From contig ADNK01002664.1 of NCBI GenBank assembly GCA_000320545.1, positions 71,766 to 135,765 on the forward strand: 64,000 bases of DNA, in the 5' to 3' direction. The notes beneath the pieces are model-generated. The model was not told where the DNA came from, did not search any database, and saw only the letters and a program-made list of their open reading frames with translations. The stretch is from Bigelowiella natans CCMP2755. Its lineage: Eukaryota; Protista; Cercozoa. Shown here piece after piece: positions 14,801 through 25,641 of the stretch (position 1 is the stretch's first letter; each line of letters opens with the position of its first letter). Made by a program: the position numbers and the translations under genes.

Positions 14801-16209
14801 CTGTTTCTGATGATAGTCTTCCTCTCACTCTCATACTATATAACGAAGTGATACTTTGTTGATAACCTCCTCATCCTCCTCTTCCCCCCATTCGTTAGTA
14901 TTGCTCTAGCACGGTTTAAGATGAGCCACGATGTTATTCGTGGTGCTTTGCTAAGGATGGACTCAGAAACATTGGTAGTAATATTATTATAACCCATTAA
15001 TTAACAACAACTTGAAAATAGTGTTTGTGCATCTTATTATGCTAACTAATGCGGCAAATAAAGATAAGAATAGGAACAACAACTAAAATTATGATCATTG
15101 CTCCTACTATTACTACTACCACTACTACTACTACTACTACATTCGATGGATCACACACACACAGTGAATGTTGTTGTTGTTGTTGATGTTGTTCATCTTC
15201 TTCCTTAGGATGAAGACAAACTGGTAGCTTTAGCGAAGTGTAAGCCAGAAGCTGGGGAACTCGATACAGTAATAATATTGTTGCTTGCAGTGCTCATCAG
15301 CAGCCTGGAGTCATATTAGTCTGTCCCACAACAACAAACTACCTACTACACCATAAGTAGCTAGCATTTTTATCATCATCATTATCATCATCATCATCAT
15401 CATTATACGGTGCTCAGGTAACATCATACGATGGTGATGTTTCATCTTTGGGGTCAGTAGAGCAGTTTTTCCTCAAGGTTGATGATGATGATAATGATGA
15501 TGATGATGATGATGATAACGACGATGATAATTATGATGGTAATGATGAAAATGATGATGATGATAATGATGATGATGATGATAATGTGGTTATAGGAGTG
15601 GTAGTGGTAGTGGCAGTGGTGGCACTACTGCTGCTGCTACCTACGAATAGTGTTTAGCAATTTATGTAAGTTGATATGTTCTGTACGTTTTTGGGAGCAT
15701 GGTCTGATTGTATTGGTGTATTACTACTACTTTGTGTGTCTGCTGCTTTTAGCTAAGTGAGATTCCTCAAGTTCAGTTCAGAATCGACGCTTTTCTCTTT
15801 AAAGTAAGTATAATGAAAGATTAGATAGAATAGATGGAGGACGGCGAGAACAATAAGGAGGAGGAGGAGGAGGAGGACAACATGAAATTGCCTTATCTTG
15901 AATGACAAAATGAAGAAGAAGAAGAAGAAGAAGAAGAAGAAGATACCTTCACCACAGGATATTGTGACTAAAAATAAGGGAAAACGCTTTTGTATGACCA
16001 TCCACTGTTAGAAAGCATAATCATTATCATCATCATCATCATCATCGAGAATGTTCTCCTTCTTCATTATTCAGATTCGTTTTGAGAAGAATGTGGCAGA
16101 GTTACAAGAAATGGTATTTTTATCATTATTATTCATACCCCAACATTATGCCAATTTACACCACCTTGTTGCTGCTATCATCTACTTTGTGTGGAGATGG
16201 TGGTAGTAT

Positions 16210-16245
<36 letters not shown>

Positions 16246-18190
16246 GGACATAAGAAGTAGGATGAGGAATAAATACCAGTGTGAGTACAGCTTGAAAAGA
16301 AGAAGAAGAAGAAGAAGAAGAAGAAGAAGATGATGATGATGAGATTCCCATGGTTGACACCCTTTATAGAGTATGATCATCATCTTCTTCTTCTTCGTCG
16401 TCGTCTTCTTCTTGAGCATCATCATCATCAGTAGCATCATCATCATCATCATCATCATTTTCATTTTTATTTTCATTAGGTTGATGTTCTTAAACTAGCA
16501 ACAAGTTGTGTGAGTGAATCGAAGCACTTCAAGACGGTGTTAGAGTACATTCTAGCACTTGGAAACTATTTAAATCATGCCAATAAAAAGAAGGTAATGC
16601 GTAGCTAGCAGCACTAGTAGAATTAGTGCATGGTGGGGAGAAGAGACATTAACACACTACAACGCATATACACGTAAGAATGAGTCTATACATGCTTCGA
16701 ATGACTTTATCATCATCATCATCATCATCATCATTGTTCCTGTTGGTATTAGGGTTGTGCGTATGGAGTACGTTTGAGCTCTTTGGACAAGTTCAAAGGA
16801 ATGAAATCGTCAGATCAGAAAACGAATCTACTTGAGTTCCTCGGTATTATTATTAGTAGTAGTATCATTATTATTATTACTATGATAATTATTATGATAG
16901 TTATTACGAGATTAGGATAGAAGTGAAGAGGTTCGGTTGAATAAATTGTGGTGATTTGATCGATCATCAGGTGGTGTAGGATTAATTCATTGATAAGAAC
17001 CTCTCTTCACCACTTGTTAATACTATGTGAGCTTATCCCATGATCGTAATTATGTTTATAATGTACATCTCACCAGTTGTCACCTTGCGCAAATTCAAGC
17101 CAGAAGCCGCCGAGTTCGTGGAGGAATTTAAGGCATTATCACTTACATGCATTGCATTGCATTGTATCTATTTCCAGCTCTGCCAAGAGTATCGTAATGA
17201 TGATGATAATCATCACTTTCTTCTCTTGTCATTGTAAATAGCAGTGACTCATAGTATGGCATGAGCATTTGTTGTCGTATTGTTGTTGATTTATTGGTCA
17301 ATTGATCAGGTACTTCCTGCAGCAGCTAAATTAGATATTACTTTCCTAGAATCCTCGGTGATATTCACTCACACATCATACAGTTGCTAGCTACTACGTT
17401 ACTACTTCTGCTACTACATCACTGACATGCAACAATGGCTAGATCATGGTGATGATGATGATAATTACATGGATGTGCTACTGCAACCAACCAATGATGA
17501 GAAGAAGAAGAAGAAGAAGAAGAAGAGATGACGATGATGAGGATGATGATGTTGGACTTCAAAGCACTAATTGTAGCCTCTTCTTCTTCTTCTTCTTTTG
17601 ATATTATTTGCTGCTGCTGTAAAAGGTTGGGAAGACTCTCGGAATGGTAAATCGAATCGGAAAAGCGGCGAAATCGGTGATAGTGTATTCCATAGTTATA
17701 GTTGTGTTGTAGAAGGAAGTAATCACTTTGGCTATTTGCTGCTGTATATTAATATCACTATTATTACTAATTATTATTCTCACACGGCAGTATGAATCTA
17801 CCAATGCCACATATTGATTGATTCATTCATCGGTTTATTGCATTGATCTTTGTTTAGGCAAAGACTGATGGCACTGATCGATTTGGGCCTGTTATGCAAG
17901 CTTTCTACGATGAGGTTAGTAGTAGTAGTAGTAGTAGTAGTAGTGGATATCAGAAGCAGTATCCTTCATTCATTGTCTATCAGGCAAAGCAGAAAATGGA
18001 CGATTTGGGCAGTGATTTAAAAAGTGGCAATAAAGGTAACAAACAATACAAGAAGTAGTACGATGTCTATGTGTGTGTGTGTATGTGTGTGTGTGTTTGG
18101 TGCAGTAAGAATTTCCCCAATTATGTTGATAGACATATTCTTTATGATACCTACCTCAGGAGATGAAGCAAACTGTTACATTCTATGGTA

Positions 18191-18229
<39 letters not shown>

Positions 18230-18645
18230 CAGCAGCGACATATTATGTCACCACACACGTGCTAGTAGTAGAAATTCAGAATCTAATAACATATTATATG
18301 TAGTTTGTTGCCTTGTTGTTGTTGGTTGTCCATGAATAGTAACATGTGCCGTAAGAAGGGAGTAGAGATGAATCTGAGTTTTTTATTTTACTTTACGACA
18401 GTAATAACAAAAATGATGCATGACGACAACGAGAACAATTAATGGACAAATAATGGACAATTAATGACGATACGACTTTACAAATACCAAACAGTGTGTT
18501 GACAGTAGTAGTAGTAATCGTAATATATTTGCCTCCTCAATTTTTTTCTCTTACGCCTCCCTTCCTCCTTGTAGGAGAAGATGCGAAGAAAGTTGCTAGT
18601 TCTGAATTTCTCCAATATTTCATTGGCTTTGCTGATAGCTTCAAG

Positions 18646-18676
<31 letters not shown>

Positions 18677-19780
18677 TGTGTCCCACCTTTGAATAGTACC
18701 TACTCACACTATCACCTTTGAAAATAGTACAAGTAGCTACTACGCACAGAAAGAACCACAAGAGGATGATAATGTTATCTTTGTCAATAGTCATGCCAAT
18801 ATAATTTGTATTCAAATTGCACATGATCACCATCACCACCATCAACATCATCAACATCATCATTAACACCATCATCATCATCATAATAGCGAACTGGAGA
18901 TATGCTTGATAAGAAGAAGGAGCTTGAGGACCGCCAAAAAGCAAGAGAGGAGGTGGGTGAATAGACACATTATTCTCTTCTTATTATTAATGGTATTGAT
19001 AACAAACTGGTAAAATCATCACAGTAAATGAAGAAACTTGGCAACATTCATACTACTGCCGTGTATATATAACAAATAATAATAATTACTATCACCGTCC
19101 TTGTCGATAATATTATCATTTTGATCAGGGCAAGAAATCTCGTTCTCCGAAGAGCAAGAAGAGGCATCTGGTATTTATGTGTTTGAGCTAGGTTAATGAA
19201 AAGGGGGGGGTAAAGATCTTTACAATTGATTTATAGACAATGCTCGTGATGCTGTTGACATCATCACCAGTATCATCTTCATCTTCATCATCACTCTCTC
19301 ATCATTTCCATCATCTATCTCTTCGTAAACAACACTCGTGTTGCTGTTGCTTCTCGTTGAAAAGGGGCCTGGAGCTGCAATTGCAAAGGTGTTGGTCATT
19401 TTTATTATCATCGTCATTATCATATTGTTACATACAAGTATATTTGTACATGTTAATTGTGTTCTCTATTCAAATGATATGTATAAACACTGCTACTACT
19501 ACTTAATTGGCTCTCCATCTTCATCATTACCTTCTCCTCCTCCCTCCTTCACCTCTTCCTTCATCTTATTCCCCTGTGATGTTATGAAAAGGCTGGGGGG
19601 CTAGATGTGAAAGCACTTCTAGGCAAGAATAAGAACAAAAAGGTATGTTTATCAGCACCATCACCACCATCATCATTATAATTTAAGCGACACTACTACT
19701 AGCTTCTACATACACAAGCACTTGTTGTTCCATCCCTCTCTCTATTTTTTAAGCTTCGTTCTTAGAATATGGTGGTGGGG

Positions 19781-19814
<34 letters not shown>

Positions 19815-20451
19815 AAACATATAGATGCCTCTCCACCTCCCCCCTTTCCCCCTCCTCCTCCTCGGTCTCTCCTCCTCTTCATTGATTACTAGGACAAAAA
19901 CAAGATTGGTTTTGCAATGAAATCACTACGATCTGGGGACTCTAGCAAGGTTGTAATGATGATAATGATGATGATGGTGGTGGTGGTGGTGGTGGTGGTG
20001 ATAACACAGACAATAATAACAACATAGTCATGAATGATACTGTTTTTATTATGTGGATTATACATAACTCTGCTACAACTACATAGCTGTTAGTGAATAA
20101 GCCGTCAACTAGACAGTAGGGATAACGACAATTAAATCATAATAATATCACATTGCTTCACACTTGCACGAGTGTTTGTGTGTGCGTGTGTGAGAGAGAG
20201 AGAGGGGGGGAGAGAGAGAGAGAGAGAGAGAGTGTCTACGTGTAAAGTATAAGTATCAGAAATATTATACTCTAATGAAATTCTATTTTCTTTAGATCCG
20301 TGCGGCATTACGTCGGCGACAGAAATTCGGGACAATAAAGTTCAAAAATCGCCGAGCAAGCGGAAAGGTGTGATTATCGCGATCATCGTTATTTTAGTGT
20401 AGTAGTAGTAGTTTCTACCAAATATTTTTGTTGACTATTTCATATCCTTTG

Positions 20452-20501
<50 letters not shown>

Positions 20502-20679
20502 GACAATGTAATACAACTGCATGAACGAACATCTGTTATGCATTTGGAAATGATTTTTTACATTTGGAACAACGGGATACTTCGAAAGGATGCGAGTGAT
20601 TTTCATCACCATAAATCTACAATTATCGACGATGTATAAATATGTATGAGAGATGATTTAGAGGCAGATATTGATGTCT

Positions 20680-20721
<42 letters not shown>

Positions 20722-20848
20722 TGTGTGTGCGCTGAGGGGGGAAGTAAATAGAAGATGATAGTTTGTAATGATGATGTGTTGTCAGAAGCTAACACGGGCT
20801 AAGTTCGAGCAAGCTCTTCTATCCAGAATTCAGAAAAACAATCAATGA
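4986..20848 (+). CDS. Diaphanous-related formin (GBD/FH3 - coiled coil - FH1 - FH2 - DAD), ~54 short exons
   Basis: Spliced exons give MGCCASKEE; GBD/FH3 (LPDEELLERQFHDLM, EVLSAFANNGYGL, RFQVLVQMV, ATLLNTLVSSP, RVKIRYEL); FH1 (IPPPPSMGG)n at 13108-13441; FH2 (KVLHWAPI..TCW, LLDSKRSYNINIALARF, ILALGNYLN..AYGVRLSSLDKFKGMKSSDQKTNLLEFL); and a DAD-like tail (AMKSLRSGDSSKIRAALRRRQKF). The last exon 20786-20848 is less certain; an alternative stop lies near 20373. FH1 carries two apparent 1-nt deletions. Confidence 0.92.
13185..13402 (+). repeat. 27-nt coding minisatellite (IPPPPSMGG)n forming the formin FH1 domain
   Basis: About 8 copies of attcccccaccaccttcaatgggaggc, with variants. Confidence 0.92.
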
Positions 20849-20889
20849 ACAACATCTTAGATGCGCTATTTGTTAGTTGTCAAAGAGTA

Positions 20890-22140
20890 GCAGCAGTTGC
20901 ACATCACAATGCAAAAACTGATTCTAGTCATCATCATTGTTTTCGTTGGAAAAAAAAACGGACATTTTGGGTGCCGATGTTTTGGGTTTCGTGAAGTGTT
21001 GCAATGCAACACTGTCTAGCTGTGGCATTGCAGGCAATCTAGCAATGCTAGAATGGTGTCCTGGAAATTTTCAACTTTGGAACTGCACTGCACAGTCTGC
21101 AGTGTTGCGCAGCATTGTCAAACGCTAGCGCGCGGTGCTGAATGCACAACAAGTCCAGAAGTGTTGCTGAGCAATGTTGCCGCATCACGACATCATCGCT
21201 GCAGCATCGTGCTAGCGTGTTGCTGGGCTGGCAATCTGAGGTTCTGACAGGCTAGCTAGCTAGCAGGACTCTGGCAAGTGCTTCCCGCAAGCTTGTCTGG
21301 TTGTTGAAGACGATGTGACTTCAGGAGGTCTAGAGGTTCACCTGGGAACAATGACGCGCGTCCCCCCTCTAGCTAGCTAGCCCTCTAGCTAGCTAGCCCT
21401 GCTGGCATGACTTGAACAATGAACAGAATAGACACGTAATGTGAACGCGTTCGCATCACAAACATTCGGCGGTGCAACGTTTGAACCCAGACGTTGAACA
21501 TCATGATTGGTGCAAAACAGCGCCAGACTAGCAGAGCGTGTGAGAACCACCAGCTGGCCAGCTAGCCAGACCACGCTGGCTAGCTGGCACATCCAGACGT
21601 GCTAGCTGTCTAGCGTGGGAGACGTGCAAGACGTGCACTTGCAAAGATCAGAGCCTGCAGGCAAAAAACATTGCGAAGACTGTTTGGCTGTGTGGCGCGC
21701 CAGGCCACAAGCAGTCTGGAAGGCTGGAAGGTCCAGAGCCAGAGGGGTGCCACTGGCGAACGTTCTGGCATTGAACATTGAACTTTGCAGCTTGTCATTT
21801 GACAAACAAATAAACCCAATGAAGAACTGCACTTCCAAAATGTTGCGTGACACTTGCAAAGTGCAAAACGCAGTGCCTCGAACCAGCTTTGGTGAAGGCT
21901 GACTCGATTGCCAAATCGATCCAAAATCTGCATCCGCAAGAACTACATGCATGAGAGACAAGCGTTTGTCACCTGCGACAATGCGAGGGATGTCGCATCC
22001 TCGAAATGCTGCATGTTGCAATGTGAAATAGCCGCCTGCCAGACCGTCCCAAATGAACGACATGCGACAATGACATGTTGGTGTGGACAGGCAAACAATG
22101 CCTACATTTGCGACCAGTGATGTCGCTGATGAAAGATGAT
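20890..22140. other. TpA-depleted / CTAG-enriched intergenic island 1
   Basis: From 20890 to 21428 TA occurs only inside CTAG, and only a few other TAs appear up to ~22140. gctagctagctag runs, abundant TG/CA, CpG retained. Confidence 0.88.
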
Positions 22141-22188
22141 GTACGACAATGACATATTGGTGTTGTTGGGCAAATAACGCCTACATTT
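22063..22188. repeat. Diverged 47-nt direct repeat pair (22063-22109, 22142-22188)
   Basis: tgcgacaatgacatgttggtgtggacaggcaaacaatgcctacattt versus tacgacaatgacatattggtgttgttgggcaaataacgcctacattt. Confidence 0.9.
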
Positions 22189-22456
22189 TCAAAAGCAACG
22201 TGACCTTTTTCCAAATTGTGCTGCCTACCACTACCTCAAAACCCTTGTTCAAAATCTTCTTTGTGGCTGGAATCTTCGATTTCTGCCAGAAAAGCAAGCC
22301 GTCCCACTGTCTTTACCTGCGATCATCATCAACCAAAAAACTAATTGTGCTGCCATGTGCTGTCTCCTACACACACTCAACAAAAAACTGACTCGGATTC
22401 CTCACAAACCATTCGCCGCCGCGATCACTCCCCACTAGAAACGCTACTTTGCAATA

Positions 22457-23916
22457 ATGAGAGAAATCCTTTCAGTTCACCTCGGCCAAGCAGGCATTCA
22501 GGTGAATGTTATATTTACTCATCTCGATTTTCTGTTCTTCATCGAAATTTTTGAGTGGAAATCTTTATACGAACAATTTCTACTTTCACTACTTAGGTTG
22601 GAAACAGTTGCTGGGAACTCTACTGTGTAGAGCATGGTATCCAACCTGATGGAAAAATGCCAAGCGATAATTCGAAGGGGTCAGAGGATGATGCATTCAA
22701 CACTTTCTTCTCTGAGACTAGTGCTGGAAGACATGTTCCTCGTGCAATCTTCCTTGATCTCGAGCCCAATGCCATAGATGAAATTCGTACTGGCGCCTAC
22801 CGTCAACTATTCCACCCTGAGCAACTCATCAATGGTAAAGAAGATGCAGCTAATAACTATGCTCGTGGTCATTACACAATTGGAAAGGAGATTGTAGATT
22901 TGGCTCTTGACAGAATCCGCAAGTTAGCTGACAACTGCACCGGACTTCAAGGGTTCCTTGTGTTTAATGCTGTTGGTGGAGGAACTGGGTCTGGGCTAGG
23001 ATCTCTTCTTCTGGAGAGATTGTCTGTTGACTATGGAAAGAAATCTAAACTTGGTTTCAATATTTATCCATCCCCGCAAGTGTCTACAGCTGTAGTGGAG
23101 CCATATAACTGTGTTCTCTCTACCCATTCGCTTTTGGAGCATACCGACGTTGCTGTTATTCTGGATAATGAAGCCATTTATGATATCTGCCGTCGCTCTC
23201 TGGATGTAAATAGGCCAACTTACAACAATCTTAACCGTCTAATTGCACAGGTCGTGTCATCACTGACAGCATCTCTACGATTTGATGGAGCTTTGAATGT
23301 CGATGTTACCGAGTTCCAAACTAATCTTGTTCCTTACCCACGAATTCACTTCATGCTCAGTTCTTATGCTCCAATCATCACCAAAGCTAAATCCTCTCAC
23401 GAGCAGCTTACTGTGGCTGAGATCACAAACAGTGCTTTTGAGCCAGCATCTATGATGGTAAAGTGCGACCCTCGTCATGGAAAATACATGGCGTGCTGTC
23501 TGATGTACAGAGGTGATGTCATTCCAAAGGACGTTAATGCAGCTGTTGCGCTTATTAAGACGAAGCGTACTATTCAATTTGTTGATTGGTCTCCAACCGG
23601 TTTCAAATGTGGGATTAACTACCAACCCCCCGCTGGAATTCCAGGTGCTGATCTTGCAGCGACCAAGAGAGCAGTTTGCATGATCTCAAACTCCACTGCC
23701 ATTCAAGAGGTGTTCCACCGAATTGACTCAAAGTTTGATATGATGTATGCAAAACGTGCATTTGTACACTGGTACGTTGGAGAGGGCATGGAAGAAGGAG
23801 AATTCTCTGAAGCACGTGAGGATTTGGCAGCTCTGGAGAAGGATTACGAGGAGGTTGGAGTCGAGAGCCAGGATGGCGCTGAAGGGGAGGGCGAGGCTGA
23901 ATATGATGAAGCTTGA
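22457..23916 (+). CDS. TUA: Alpha-tubulin (454 aa; exons 22457-22501 and 22597-23916), divergent isotype
   Basis: [15 protein letters not shown]|[35 protein letters not shown] and [20 protein letters not shown] motifs; one GT-AG intron at 22502-22596. Confidence 0.98.
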
Positions 23917-23947
23917 AGATAACACTATGAAGCTTGAAGATAACACT
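23906..23947 (+). repeat. Perfect 21-nt tandem duplication spanning the tubulin stop codon
   Basis: atgaagcttgaagataacact twice (23906-23926, 23927-23947). Confidence 0.95.
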
Positions 23948-24159
23948 CACTCATGCGTATTGAGCTTGGAAGCAGAAACCGAGAATTAGTTTGCTAAGAT
24001 TACGGCGGATCGCAAAAATTCACATCAAGAGTTTTTCCGAATGAGAATTAGTTGACTTTTTCAAAGTTTTTGAGCAGAATTAAGTTCTTTAACATGATCG
24101 TTGAGTCAACAGTGCCAATTGTTATTTTTTTCCATGTAGACACATTTCATCCATCATTG

Positions 24160-25640
24160 TATTGCTAGATTGCTTTGTCGCCGCCTCCCTTGATCTGCAT
24201 GTTCGGACATCACTTGGCATGTGCACAGATGCATGAGCCCATCACTGAGTGGGAGAATTAGTTTTAGAAATGTGGGCGAAGGATGATCGAATGAACATGG
24301 ACAGGTTCTCAACATCAAAATGTTCGCTAGATGTGCGATGACGCCACCATCTAGCCATGTAGCGTGCTCGGAAGCCCAGATCTGTTCAGATCATGCCAGC
24401 ATTCTGTCAACACATTCAGCTACCTCTAGAGCTCCAGAGCTAGCTAGCTAGCTAGAGTCTAGTGGTCACTGAAGTCGCAGCTGGCTAGCTCCAGAGCTAG
24501 CCTTGAGCACTGGAGCACATTCAACATTCGATGTGTCTAGCTAGCTAGCTAGCTCACCAAAACTAGCTAGAACACTCGCTAGACTCGATGTGTCCACTTC
24601 TAGACTTGCTAGCTTGCTTGTAGCTAAAAACATGCTAGCATGGATGACAAGATCCAGAGATGCAGCAGACTCTCTAGCTCTCCAGCTAGCCAGCTAGTGG
24701 CTAGCTCTAGAGCTAGCAGCTAGTCTTCTAGTCTGATCACCATGCTGGCATGGCAGAGCGAGATGCTGCTGAAACAGTCTAGCAAGCTAGCTAGCAGTCA
24801 GTCTAGCTAGCTAGCTAGCTAGCAGCAGTCAGACAAACATGGAAATGCACAGTAGCTAGAGCTAGCCAGTCTAGCAGTAGTGCTATGGTGGAGCTAGCTA
24901 GCTAGGGAGCTAGATCTAGAGACGGGCAATTTCATTCCTCCACCTCTAGCTAGCTAGACCTGACACTTTTGAAGGCTAGCTAGCTAGGCTGCTGCATTTG
25001 CTAGTTTGCTAGTTTGCGGATGTGCACAAGTCTAGAAGTCTAGAACTCTAGAAACAGCTGCTAGCAAATTCTGAACTAGCTCTAGCTAGTAGCTAGCTAG
25101 AGCAAGCGAGATGATGGTGACGATGATGACATCTCCAGATCTAGACATGACGATGATTTTTGTCATCAACTTTGGAACTCCTTCTTAATTTCAGGTGCAC
25201 TACCAGACCATTGCAGTCAAGACAGTCTAGCTAGCTAGTCTAGATCAACAGTGTTATTTCTAGATCTCTAAATCTAGCTATGCTAGCATTTTAGAGCTCT
25301 TAGCTGTACATTTACTAGTTTAGCTCTAAACTAGTAAAGAGTGTCTAGAGCACCTACAGATCTAGAACGTATAAAGAGCGCTAGAGCTAGAGAGCATGAA
25401 ACATGTATGGGTATCTCTCTACTAGCTAGCTCTAACTAACTAATCCTGCTAGCCTGCTGCCTCAAGATTCTAAAATTACTCACCTCCATCACCACATCTA
25501 GATCTAGAGATGTCTGTAGATGTACAGATGTCTTAATGTATTCTGCTGTTACTAGGTTACACTGTCAAGACTGTTACTTCTCTTATCACCATGCTATTCT
25601 GCTCAACACTGTAGCAAGTGTCTAGAGCGTTGTAGCGCTA
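24160..25640. other. TpA-depleted / (CTAG)n-rich intergenic island 2, between the convergent tubulin and RdRP genes
   Basis: Dozens of CTAG sites, with runs such as ctagctagctagctagctag (~24803-24822). Non-CTAG TA is rare in the core and returns at the 25250-25640 edge. Confidence 0.9.
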
Positions 25641-25641
25641 A

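Noticed and set aside
20937-22391. Many overlapping ORFs on both strands in island 1 (likewise 44186-44868, 51182-51666, 59761-60790)
   Set aside because: Loss of TA removes TAA/TAG stops, so long Cys/His-rich, Tyr-poor ORFs arise by default. No domain was recognised apart from the ANK relic.
24400-25250. (CTAG)n region as a CRISPR array, telomere or satellite
   Set aside because: No constant repeat-spacer period, no telomeric unit and no higher-order monomer.
20890-25640. Islands 1 and 2 as terminal repeats of a transposon carrying tubulin
   Set aside because: I found no alignable direct or inverted repeat between them beyond CTAG runs, no TSD and no transposase. A dot-plot would settle it.
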